From: Octopus bimaculoides
Taxonomy: Eukaryota
Length of the DNA: 64,000 bases
Assembly (NCBI RefSeq): GCF_001194135.2
Contig: NC_068999.1
Coordinates: forward strand, 54,942,246 to 55,006,245
Reading direction: 5' to 3'
Below the pieces are notes generated by a model. It saw only the letters and a list, made by a program, of their open reading frames with translations, searched no databases and was not told the DNA's origin. This document shows positions 10,587 to 22,327 of the stretch, piece after piece; the stretch's first letter is position 1, and each line of letters starts with the position of its first letter. The position numbers were made by a program, and so were the translations under genes.

Positions 10587-12415
10587 CTGGCAACGTTTTT
10601 CCATCTTATCAGGGCAAATTGCTAGTATTTCTCTGCTGTTCTTACAACTTTACTGCATTCAAAATCTTCTTTCTTGTGTGTAAAATATATATAATCTTCA
10701 TTCAACAACCCTTTTGCCATGCTGGCATGGGTTAGATGGTTTGACAAGAACAGACAAGCCAGAGGGTTCCATCAGGTTCTGTGTCTGCTTTAGCATGGTT
10801 TCTACAACTGGATGCCCTTCCCAATGCCAACCACTTAACAGTGTGTACTGGATGCTTTTTATGTAGCACCAGCACTGATGAGGTTGCCAAGTATATGCAA
10901 GGTAAGACCCTTAATTGAATATGGTATAGACTGGAGGAATAAGAAGATAGGAGAAGAACAGGTGTTTTGCTGAAGTAGTGAATGTGTGGCTTGCCCACCT
11001 GGAAAGTGAGAGAGAGAAAGAAAAAGACAGATGTGATGTCTGGGTGGTGTGTTGAGCAAAACACTTCATTTCACATTGACTCTGCAATCATTTTGGCATC
11101 TGATGCATGGTATTAGGTTCACCTGTACGGGTTATGTCAATTTGATGGTGGGCATGAACTGCACAGCATGAACGTTTAATCACTATAAACAAATCACCTG
11201 TGCCGGTTGTTCAGCAAGAAATTGCAGGCCCAAGAGATTACCACACACACGCTCACAGATGTATGCACACACACACACACACACACTCATCATCACAATT
11301 TAATGTCCCATTTTCCATGCTGGCATGGATTGGACAGTTTGACAGGAACTGATGAGCCATAGGAGTGCACCAAGCTCCGGTGTTTGCTTTGGTATATTTG
11401 TGTATGTGTGTGTGTTTGTCTTCATACCACTTTGGTATTAGTGAAGCTTATGTCCTCCATAATCAAGTATCACTATTGCCCAAGTAGTTTAATGTGTAAA
11501 GAAAGACCAGTAAAACAGAGGACTTGAATGCAAGGAGGACTGGCATCAAGAAGGGCATCCAGCTCTAGAATACAGCCTCGAGAAGAAGTTTTGTCACATC
11601 CATACTTGGAAGTAAGAATAACATTGTCTAACCTGGATTATCTATAAATGCCATATTCATTTGACATGCCAAACCACTGCAACAGCACTTTAAGAAAACA
11701 TTTCTCCCACTTAGCTCTGAGAAACAAAAGTAGATATATACATTGAAAAAGCTGTAAAACCGCAATGGCTTCAGCAACCTGAAAGACTCTGCAGTGGTTG
11801 CACACCACCAATAATAAGTGTTGAAGAACCATTGTCTCACTTCAAAGACTGAATCTACCTTGATTGCCTTTGATGTACCTATGTATGGGAGGCGATATGG
11901 TATAACTTGCAGAGTGTATATGTGGCGTCCATTTAGTCATTTGGCCAGTAACTCGATGGTAACTGGAAACAGCAACAACACAATAGCAGTGTTATTAGTT
12001 CAGTCTACATTGCACTGCAGCTCTTCTACTTTCAGTGTCGTACATCACACTGTAGCTTTTCTACCTTTACTGCCATACAACATGACTATATTGTCATTGA
12101 CATACCATCCAAACACGGGTCTTCTGGATTTAATTATAGCATATGCTATGCAATAATGTGTTTATTCATTTAAAAGCCTTCCTTTTAGTTGAATTTAAAA
12201 CGTATAATAAACATATTTTTCATTACAAATTATAAAAAAGATTGTGAGTTAGGGTTGCCTGCTGTCTCTTGATGGCATCTTGGGTATCGAAACATTTAAT
12301 TTAGAACTTCTGTTTTTCATGTTTCTTTTATTATCTCATTCTCGTTAGTTGCTTTATGTTTAATGTCTTTATTAATTCCTGTTCTCTTATTTCATTGTTA
12401 TCTCATTACCATTAG

Positions 12416-12551
12416 GTGTTCTATGATGAGTGTGTTATCATGTACTTGAAAGCATTCAACTTCCTTTGGCGTGCTAAACGAATGGAACATATTCTTGCAA
12501 CAGTTTGGAAAGGACTGCTTTTCAATGCGAAAAGCTATCGCCATTTACCAG
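12416..12551 (+). CDS. TUBGCP3: GCP3 exon
   Basis: attag|..cca g|gtgagg; VFYDECVIMYLKAFNFLWRAKRMEHILATVWKGLLFNAKSYRHLP. Confidence 0.96.
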
Positions 12552-12866
12552 GTGAGGTAAATTTTTGTGTCTTCCTCACTGATGTCTAGCTTCTGATATG
12601 TTTCTTGTTTGGAAGAAGAGAGCCTGTCACAGCCACATGCCTGTTGCAGGACCTCTAAGGCCAGAGAGATTAATTTTATTCTTGAGCGATTACAAATTGA
12701 CTGGAAAAACATGGACAGGGAGTGATGTACTAAGGAAGAAGGACTGGGGATAGTGGTGTGTGTGTGTGTGTGTGTGTTCTAGAAGAGTAGACACAATATG
12801 AGTGACAGACATGTAAGTCAAATGGGTTTGGGTGGAAGTGGCACAAGAGCAGCTAGCTCCATGAAA

Positions 12867-12905
<39 letters not shown>

Positions 12906-13408
12906 GACAATACTGTAGTAGTGGTTATAGCAGAAAAGTTGCTGGGGAGATAGTATTTCTATGGGCCACTTGGTTGAAGTGTATCGGAGACTGCATGCCA
13001 TGACAATTTACTGTTACAGTTAAGAGAATTTACATTAAAATATGGTAGATGGAGATTATTTATGAGGGAGGAAATATATGCAGGGTGAAGGATTATAAGG
13101 TTGAAGATATGCAAATTGGATTGTTATATATTATTATATAAACTCACATGGAGGGGATCTATTTATGTTGTTGATTGGAATGGTCAACTTTGATGGGGGT
13201 GACAGTACACAGTGTGTCAGGTGAGTAGGTGATTGGTGACAGAGAACTTATTGTAGGTTATTGTGATGTGGTATGAGTGAAGGTAGAGAACATGTAGTGT
13301 GACGTTATATGGTAGCAAAGGTGGAGGGCCTACAGTGTTGTGATGTATGGCAATGAAGGTAGAGGACCACTGTGTTGATGTATGGAAGAGTATGTGGAGG
13401 GCCTACAA

Positions 13409-13633
13409 CTGTGATTCTCAACCAGGGTCCATATGACCCTTGGGGGTCCATATAAGATTTTGTTAAAATTTATTTGCAATAAATTGATTATACTTCTATA
13501 ATACACAAAATATTTTAATTGTTTTTAATACAATTTTTAATATTTAATTATAAAAATATAAGGTTTTGAGGGTCCATTCAAGTAAAATAGGGATCAAAGG
13601 GGCCCATAAGTAGAAAATGGTTGAGATTCACTG
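13409..13633. mobile_element. hAT-type MITE related to the 30598 copy
   Basis: TIR ctgtgattctcaacc / ggttgagattcactg; shares gggggtccat motifs; TSD decayed. Confidence 0.68.
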
Positions 13634-13899
13634 TCCCGCAGTGTAGTAATGTATAACAATGAAGGCAGAGAGTCTATAGTATGATATTGTAAATGTAGAG
13701 GTGCTACAGTGTGTTATACAGTAGTGAAGATAGAGTACCTACAGAGTGATGTATGACAGTGAAGGTAAAAGACCTACAGTGTGATGTATGGCAGTGGAGG
13801 TGCTACAAATGTATGGTAGTGAAGGTAGAAAACTTGTAGAGTCATGTTGATAATATTGTAGTATGTCTACAAAGTATGTTTTCCATTTTGAATTTCCAG

Positions 13900-13988
13900 A
13901 ATTGAAGAATCCTTTGCACCGATGTCATGTCCAGTGTTCTAAAATGGTGCAGTTCATAAGCCAGCTGCAGTATTACATAAACTTTGAG
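13900..13988 (+). CDS. TUBGCP3: GCP3 exon
   Basis: tccag|aa..gag|gtaagg; ELKNPLHRCHVQCSKMVQFISQLQYYINFE. Confidence 0.95.
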
Positions 13989-15365
13989 GTAAGGAGTATT
14001 TCTGGTTACCCTTGTATCTATGATGTATAATGTTATGACAGGGTTAGATAAATACATTCAACAAAACTGTTTACGAAACCTTGTTACATGATGTTGTACT
14101 TTATCATGAACCTTATGTTGATGGAACTTACTGATGTTTCTCCACCTATCTTTTAGCCATTCTTATGTGATACAAAAAGTAAAAACTGTTTAATTACTTG
14201 AAATACGATATAATACTGGACCAAGGGGCTGCCATGTTTGGTTGTTTCTTTGTGTTCCCAGTGAGGTCAGTTTTGCCTCTCCACCCTTGGACCGTGGGAA
14301 GAAAATAAATATCAGTGAATTACTGAAGTTGATATAATAGACTGCACCCTTTGCCAAAATGTGGGTTGAAAATCAGTGTAAAGTTCCTGCTAAAAAAAAA
14401 TTCTGAATCTTCTAGCGAAAGGAGAGTTTGTGTGTATGTATATGCATGCAGGTGTCTGTGTGTGTATGTATATATGTATGTTATTTTTTTCTTTGCCTGA
14501 AGAATTTCTAATAGAAAATTCTTTACATGTTTTTCTTACTTATAAAACTTTGTAATTTCTATTAGCAAATGAAACATGTGTAATGGTGAATAAATAATAC
14601 CAAAAGAATTCCCAATTTCGCTATACATATATATATATATATATATAGTATCAGTTATCAATAGATGAAACCATAACACCTTCATGTCATGTTTTTGTCT
14701 GTGCAAAATAGTATCAGCTGGTTGCAAGTCCTTGCTGGACAGTTATTATTTTGGAGAGCACTGGTTACCCCTGACTATATTGGATGGCCACTGTTGACTC
14801 TCCTGGGTTCCTCTACCCCTTGATGGTTCTTGTTTTTCATCATGCAGGGTGTCCAAAAATCATCTTCCTCCCCAAGCAAGCTTGGTGGGGTTGCCAATTT
14901 AGTCAACGACAATCTGACCATGCAACAGGTTGTACTGGGTTATGCTAGAGGAATCTAACACACACACTCTTCTTGAGAAACGTTTAACTCTAGTCTGCTC
15001 TGATCCACCAGACCTTTGATCAAAGGTGTTTTAATTGTAGCCACCTTGTCCTTTTTTTTTTTTTTTAATCTCAGATATAGCATATTTAGTGCTACATATC
15101 CAGTATGCCTTGCTAGGATTTGGTTTGAGGAAAATTTTGGCTGCTGTTTTTAGCACTTTGGTTATCCAAAAGGTTCTTGGCTGCTATTTCTAGTTGGGTG
15201 AATGGTCACTTAGGGCTTTTTTTTGTTTGGCATGCAACTGTTATTTCCAGCAGGCTGGGTGACTATTTAGACCTCTTCCACCACTTAAGCTTATTTATCT
15301 CTTGAATTTGTGGCTGGGAAGAAATATGTTGAGTAGAATAAAGAGTTGTCAGTTCTTATTTCTAG

Positions 15366-15497
15366 GTTCTGGAATGTTCTTGGGATAAATTGGTGAATGA
15401 AGTGAAGAAATCTAAAGATTTAAATGACATCATAAAGGCACATGATTTGTTCTTGGAAGAAATTACAACTGGCTGTTTATTGGACAAAGACTCTTAT
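15366..15497 (+). CDS. TUBGCP3: GCP3 exon
   Basis: tctag|..tat|gtaagt; VLECSWDKLVNEVKKSKDLNDIIKAHDLFLEEITTGCLLDKDSY. Confidence 0.96.
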
Positions 15498-15686
15498 GTA
15501 AGTGCTTGTTGTTGTTCTTACAATCCATGTTTAAGATGTACCTCATCCCAAACTTGGTCAGTCAGTTATATGACAGATACTAGTTTCAGCTGTGACCATG
15601 GTAAGGCTTGGAACTAGTATCAGACTCAGCTGACTGGTACCCTTTCTTTATCTGCTTTCGAGATTATTAGTGACACGAGTTGAACT

Positions 15687-15741
<55 letters not shown>

Positions 15742-16104
15742 ATCTATGTTCTTAGATGACAACTTTCTGAAGGCTGTGGATGAAATCTGTGACCGGGGCA
15801 AAGTCTCTGCCAGATGGAATGTCCAATGTAATTCTTATTTATTTGCATTAATTTGAATTAGTCATGCACTATATCATAGCTTTGAGATTTCAATGATGTG
15901 ATTGTTTATTTTTAAAATAATATTGCAAGTTAAGTGTGAGAGGTCAGATCTGGAGATTGTTTTGGCCGGATGTGGTCAGTTAAAATGCTAAAGGGTTAAA
16001 TACTAAAAAGTGTAACCTTAATATTCCCTATTCTAGAGTTCATATTTCCAACATTATTACAAATTGGATTCCATCTTGTTTTGTTCTTTTTTTTTTGTCT
16101 ACAG

Positions 16105-16245
16105 AAAATCTCAGAACAACTTCGTAGTATTTTTGATTTAATTATTAAATTCCAAGTTGAATTGGAAAAGATGTATAAATTAATTAATGAGGAGAAACTA
16201 AGACGGGCAGAGATTGAATCTGCAAGAAAAAGGAAAACAAATAAG
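16105..16245 (+). CDS. TUBGCP3: GCP3 exon
   Basis: tacag|..aag|gtaaat; KISEQLRSIFDLIIKFQVELEKMYKLINEEKLRRAEIESARKRKTNK. Confidence 0.93.
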
Positions 16246-16602
16246 GTAAATATATTTCTGATAATTTTCGATTTTACTGTAACTATTTTATATACATATA
16301 CAAAGTGTGTATGTGTGTGTTCATTAGCAGTGTATCTTGAGGCCGCTTCAGTCAGAAATAGTAGCCTATAATATATTGGGTTAAAATTCTTTAGCCAGAT
16401 AACTGCCTGCTGGACTCATACCAGGCATTTTATGGGTTATAGGACATCCCACGAGTATCGTTTCTGGTTTTTTTTTTCTGATCCAAGGGGCTTTCACTCT
16501 GTATTATAAGCTATTTTTTTTATAACTGAATTCACTTTGAGATACATTATTAGTAAAGATTTATATATTTCTTGATGTTTGTACAATTGCATTCTAAATA
16601 TA

Positions 16603-18063
16603 CAGGGTGTTCCTGAAACATGTAAAACCATTGATTACTCAAATTTCATTTCCTTTTGGATTTAATCCATTAGCGATAATAAAGGGAACCAGACTAAGTT
16701 TTGAATAAAGGAAATTTATCTGAAAGTGCTACTGGAAGATTGAAAACACAGTTAAAGTGTGAAGACAGTTGAAGAGGCAGGTTCAAACAGATTCACCTAT
16801 GCAACTTACTATCACTTGAATGAAGGATAAGTTTAAATCAAACGGAACTGTTCAGAATGTCCATGCAAAAACATCCTGGCAGTCCTTGGACATTGGCAGT
16901 ATTTTTCTAGTATACTTTCTTGCTTTGTGGGTCTTGTCAGAGTTCAAGAAAATTCCTGCTGCAAGCAAATTGTGAAACAGGAATTTCAAAATGAAGTGTC
17001 TCTTGCATTTTGAAGTGCTGTTATTGGAAACGTTACATTTCAAGAATAGTCCATTCTCTCAATGAAGATAATCCAGACCGAAGTGGTGCTTGGAAAGATG
17101 TGTAGAAGATGCATACTTTCCAACAAAGATTGTTTATAGTAATGAGGCTACATTTAAATCAAATGGTTCAGTTAACTGCCACAATTGCACCAACTGAGGA
17201 TCTGAGAATCTGTATATTATGCAAGAACATCATGTTAATTTACCAAGAATTAGAGTATGATGCAGCTTATCATCAAATGGATTGATTGGACTTTTTTTTT
17301 ATGGTAATGATTAGTCCTGTTTACACGAACTTGCTGCAACATTTTGTCATGCCAAGTATTCAAGAAGACTTTGAAGATGTGGAGTTTTATTTCCACCAAG
17401 ATGGAGAATCCCACTCTACCATAGTAATGTAAGGGCCTACCTTGATGAAAGTTTGGCTAACAGGTGGATTGGACAAAGAGATTCAGAAATATTTCCTCTG
17501 CATCCATCAGACGTCACACCACTGAACCTTTTTCCTATTGGGTTACTTAGAAGAAAGTCTACAGTACAAAATTGGCAACAGTTGCTGAATTGAGAGCAGC
17601 CACTGGATGAGAATGCACACAAACACCTAACAAAATACATCTTGGTGTTTGTGCTTCTGTCGATTCGTTTTATCAATAGGCTGTGGACCAGAGCAGTTAT
17701 TAATTTGCAAACTGTTTGGAAAGAGGCGTTCATAATAAAATGAAATTTTATCAAGATTCTATTATATTTTGAAAATGTATTTTAACCCTTTAGCATTCAG
17801 ATTACTCTGTCAAATGCAATGCTTATTTATTCACATTGTTTTGTATTAATTCTGCATTATCTTGAAGTTTCAAGATTTTCGATAATGTGATTGTTTATTT
17901 ATAGAATAACCTTGTAGGATAAGTGTAAGGGGTCAGATTTGACCAGTTTGGACACAAAAACAAGTAGAATATTTGAACCAGATACAAGTTCGGATGCTAA
18001 AGAGTTATTAAACACTGACTTTATAATCATTTACTGTATGTATACTTGTTTGGGGGCATCCTG
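16603..18063 (+). mobile_element. Decayed Tc1/mariner DNA transposon (rosa/DD41D-like) in a TUBGCP3 intron
   Basis: TA|CAGGGTGTTCC left TIR; frameshifted transposase motifs [20 protein letters not shown] (~17130), FYFHQDG (~17385), VRAYLDESLANRWIGQR and PSDVTPL (~17430-17527); degenerate right TIR ttgtttgggggcatcctg ending 18063. Confidence 0.8.
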
Positions 18064-18096
18064 TGTATATATATATATGTATATATATATGTATAT

Positions 18097-18218
18097 NNNN
18101 NNNNNNNNNNNNNNNNNNNNNNNNNNNNNNNNNNNNNNNNNNNNNNNNNNNNNNNNNNNNNNNNNNNNNNNNNNNNNNNNNNNNNNNNNNNNNNNNNNNN
18201 NNNNNNNNNNNNNNNNNN
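18097..18218. other. Assembly gap (N)
   Basis: Other gaps at 22216-22304, 27256-27313 and 28998-29114, mostly next to C/G homopolymers or microsatellites. Confidence 0.99.
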
Positions 18219-18299
18219 ATAGGCAGAAACTGAAAGAAGCCTGTCGTATGTGCGTGTGTGTCTGTGTTTGTCCCCCCCCTTCTTATTTCTTTATTGCCC

Positions 18300-18520
18300 A
18301 CAAGGGGCTAAACATAGAGGGGACAAACAAGGACAGACAAAGGGATTAAGTCGATTACATTGTCCCCAGTGCATAACTGGCACTTAATTTATCGTCCCCG
18401 AAAGGATGAAAGGCAAAGTCGACCTCAGCGGAATTTGAACTCAGAACATAACGGCAGATGAAATGCTGCTAAGCATTTTGCCCAGTATGCTAACATTTCT
18501 GCCAGCTCGCCGCCTTCTTG
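18300..18520 (-). repeat. tRNA-derived SINE family B
   Basis: Reverse strand reads aaggcggcgagctggcagaaatgttagc...gagttcaaattccgctgaggtcgactttgcctttcatcctttcggg; copies at 7520-7730, 24500-24720, 26840-27920 (x5), 52120-52270, 61070-61265. Confidence 0.82.
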
Positions 18521-19598
18521 CTTTACAACCAATGTTGGTGTGTTTACGTCCCTGTAACTTAGTGGTTTGGCAACAGAGAATGATAGAATAAGTACCAGGC
18601 TTCCAAAGAATATGTCCCGGGGTTGATTTCTTTGACTAAAACGTGGTGATCCAGTATGGCCACAGTTAAAATGACTGAAACAAGTAAAAGAATATAAAAT
18701 TTTAAATCTTGGCGTACAGAGGCAAATAATGAAATTTATTTTAATTGAAATAAGTGAAACAGAGATTAGAGAGTGAAGTACCTTTTGAAAAGTCACCTGA
18801 TGAAGCACATCTGCACCAAATGATGCGTCATAATTATTTGTACAAAATCTCACCTGTGATGGATCGAACAGTCGTAGTGATTAATAAAGAATCCTCTGAT
18901 TTCCATTTTCTCTTTCTCTCGTGTGTGTCTGTGTATATATACACACACATCCAAAATCTCCTGCTGCTAACTGTAGGCTATAAAATAATTGTTTCAGTTT
19001 ATCGAATTTCGTTATGGGAAAACTTCCCAACCTTTTACACCAATAAACCACCATCGTTCCTGAAAGTTGTGTTTTTATACCTTCTGTGGACTGCCCGAAG
19101 CTTACTATTTTCCTATACCTTGATCCTTGGATCTTACCTTTACATGCACACATGCACAGACAGACAGTGATAGATAAATACCAAATTGTTGCAAGTGGAT
19201 TTCTTAACCACAGTAGTCATTTTACTTTATGGATAGACACTTTAATAACATGAGGACTAAATTAATGAATTGAGTGAAAGATACTCAAGTGTTGTTGTTT
19301 ATCACCAGGTAATGCTAGATCAATTAGACCATAAAGGCATTCCAGTCATGACCATTTTGATGTTTCTTTTTTCTTTATTTCTGTCCTTTTATTTTTATTT
19401 AACTAAAACATGGGTTTGATGTGAGGAAGACTTAGCTGTTGTTTGTAACAAGTCAAACAAACTTTATTCATTGATAAAAGTTTGAAAGTTGTTTACCAAA
19501 GTGAGATAATCTTGTTTTCTGACCCTCACTATCTTTCATTTCAGTGATTCACTGGGGTTGATTTTAATCAACGCTACCTGTTTTTTTCTGTTTTTTAG

Positions 19599-19715
19599 GG
19601 TATGTGGGCTTTAACTGATGTTGAAGAAGCTCATGACACAAAGATGCGAGAGATGTTCCAAGCAAAGGTCCATAGCTGTACCACTGAATTTAATGTATTG
19701 GGCACCACATATGAG
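19599..19715 (+). CDS. TUBGCP3: GCP3 exon
   Basis: tttag|..gag|gtaggt; GMWALTDVEEAHDTKMREMFQAKVHSCTTEFNVLGTTYE aligns to GQWGVTAAEEE...ILTHFYQ. Confidence 0.9.
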
Positions 19716-20246
19716 GTAGGTTGGCTAGGTTTGTTGCACCTTGTATACACTGTGGGTTTGCTGCATTTCTTGTAAAGGCTGTAGTATGTTTGTGGTATGT
19801 TTGTTGTAATAAGAGCAATGTGTGTGGATGTTTACACAGGTTGTGGTGTGACTTGGATATATAGAGTGTAGTGCATGTGTGTGGTGGTTTGATTTTGGTA
19901 GAGATATAGTTTGGGTGGGGCTATTGTAAAGAGTGTGGTGGGATTGAGGTATAAGTTGTAGCATGTATATAGTGTGGTACAATTAGCGTATATGTTGTAG
20001 TGTGGTGTGTGCGATTGTGGTGAAGAACACAGTGTATGTAGCATGACTTGGGAATAGGCTAGCTTGGGTTTAGAATATGAAGCCTGTGACAACTGTTACA
20101 TAGGTGGTTGTTGTAACGTGCATGTAAGAAGTTCTCTTTGCAATTATGAGGCTCTGAGTTCAATACCATTATGCAATGATGATGATTGTATGTGTGTGTA
20201 GATATAAATTAGAAGCAGCGCCAGCATTGCAAACATTGACCACATA

Positions 20247-22327
20247 CTCTGGGGTCTTGAATAATCACTCCCCACCCCTGCCTGCTTATTCATTTTTCAG
20301 GGTTTTCCCACACAATTCCATCACCACCCTGACCCCCCGCATATTAATTTTTCAGAGGTTTGTTCCCCCCGCCCCCAATTTTTAAGAAAATTTCCAAACA
20401 AGTAAATTTCAATCTCCAAAAGCAGTGTGTTGAGCACATTCAAAATCATTTGAAGAACATATGGAGTACGCATTGTTATTTTTTTGACAAATTTGGCGTA
20501 AATCCTCCTAATTATCAATGGAATGAAAGTAGCAGACAGCTATCTTATCATTCAGAAATCAAGATATGTTTGTCAAAGAAAACCACCATTTGTCTAGGGA
20601 ACATATCACATTGTCCACACAGGTTAGCAATGATACCAAAATTAATCTTATCCCAGAGTTTGTCTTTAAAGGAACTGGAAAAAGACCACCACTACTGAAT
20701 GCCTGTCTACAATGAAATAACAATGATCTCCTAAAGGTTCTTAGAGATTAGAAAAGCTGCTCTGTATTACTGAAAACCTTCCAAACCAATTCAATATATT
20801 TTCACATGCAAACTTTGCCATTTATGTACTCAGTGATTACATTGTGCATTTGATGCTGGAGGCGAGGGACACACTCTCGAAAAGGGGTTATGTGCTCGTC
20901 ATCATCAGCGGTGGTCTCACCGGATTTGTTCAAGTTAATGACACACACTTGCACAAACAACTGAAAGCAAAATATCACAAAATAAAGCAAAGATGCCTGA
21001 AAAGTTAGTTCTAACTCCGAATAAAATACCCACGCCCAGTCGATCCGAGATGATGCAGATGCTACATCAAGCACATGCAGATTGCAAGATTGATGTTGAA
21101 GCTGCTTTCAAGTCAATGTGGGCCACAAATGCTTTCAATGGCTGTGAAGATTATAAGGTATCAAGACCAAATCATGGGCCTTGTCGATGCGAGAGTTTCA
21201 TCTTGAGATGATATCAAAACTCTGCCCAAATACTCTTCACAGAGTCACTAAGAACTTAATTCCACCGAAAGGGGTCAAGCATGCAAACAATATTGATGGC
21301 TCGGAATTATTTGATAGTGACAGCATTGAGGAAAAAGCTGCCAAGTTGGAAGACGAAAACAAGCCATCTGGGAATCTTTTGGAGGTGATTGACCCATCAG
21401 AAGAAATCCATGTGAAGGTTTTGCAGGAGCCAAACATGAATTCAGGATGCTCTCTCTCTCTTGTACAAATCAGCAGTGACGATCAGGTTAATAAAGATGC
21501 AGAAGGTTTTGGATGAAAATAAGACCTCTACACTTTTCTTGCCATGTCGAAGCAAACTCATGTCAACTGTCAGTGCAGCTTGGCGATACGTAAAGAACTG
21601 AATATCGAAACCAAGAACCTACAGAAGGACAGTGACAAAAAATCATAAGTCTATCATTTATAGCTATTTATTGAGTGCTATGTTTTATTATGTATAGTAT
21701 TATAAATACTGTAAGTTCACGAAACTGTAATTATACTCTTTTCATTGTGTTTTACTTTTCTTTCTCTTTAAGATGTGTTGTTTGTATCAATATCTATTTA
21801 GTCCACAGCATTTAAAACAAAATCCCATAATTACCATAATGAACAGACGTCTTATTTTTATTGTCCAAATGTATCTCTTAACTGAAGTGAATGTCTGAAG
21901 CCCGCGTCTGTGCCAGTTTCACTTGCTGCCTGTTCATTTCTTTCGTCCTGTTGTGTTGTTAGATGTGCTTCTCAATGCTTTTTTTCTAATTTCCATACAT
22001 ACAGTATACACTACACAATTACTCATTCCAACCCACCTGATTATATGAATTTAAGCAAATGTTCAACCCATCCACTTATTCCAGACCCCCCCCCCCACCG
22101 TGTTTTTGGGACCCAGGTAAATAGGTCGCTTTAAAAAAATCAAGAGGGACAGCCTAGAAAATTTTTTAATTTTATACAGTTGCTACTATACAATTACTGA
22201 CACCCCCCCCCCCCCNNNNNNNNNNNNNNNNNNNNNNNNNNNNNNNNNNNNNNNNNNNNNNNNNNNNNNNNNNNNNNNNNNNNNNNNNNNNNNNNNNNNN
22301 NNNNCCCCATTATTTGGGACCCAAGAG
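20247..22327 (+). mobile_element. Decayed, internally deleted pogo-like (DDE_1) DNA transposon in the last TUBGCP3 intron
   Basis: TA target sites at 20245-46 and 22328-29; TIRs tactctggggtcttgaataat vs reverse complement tactcttgggtcccaaataat (17/21); frameshifted transposase FVKENHHLSREHITL..PEFVFKGTGKR, IYVLSDYIVHL, GGLTGFVQVNDTHLHKQLKAKY, PTPSRSEMMQML. Confidence 0.82.
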
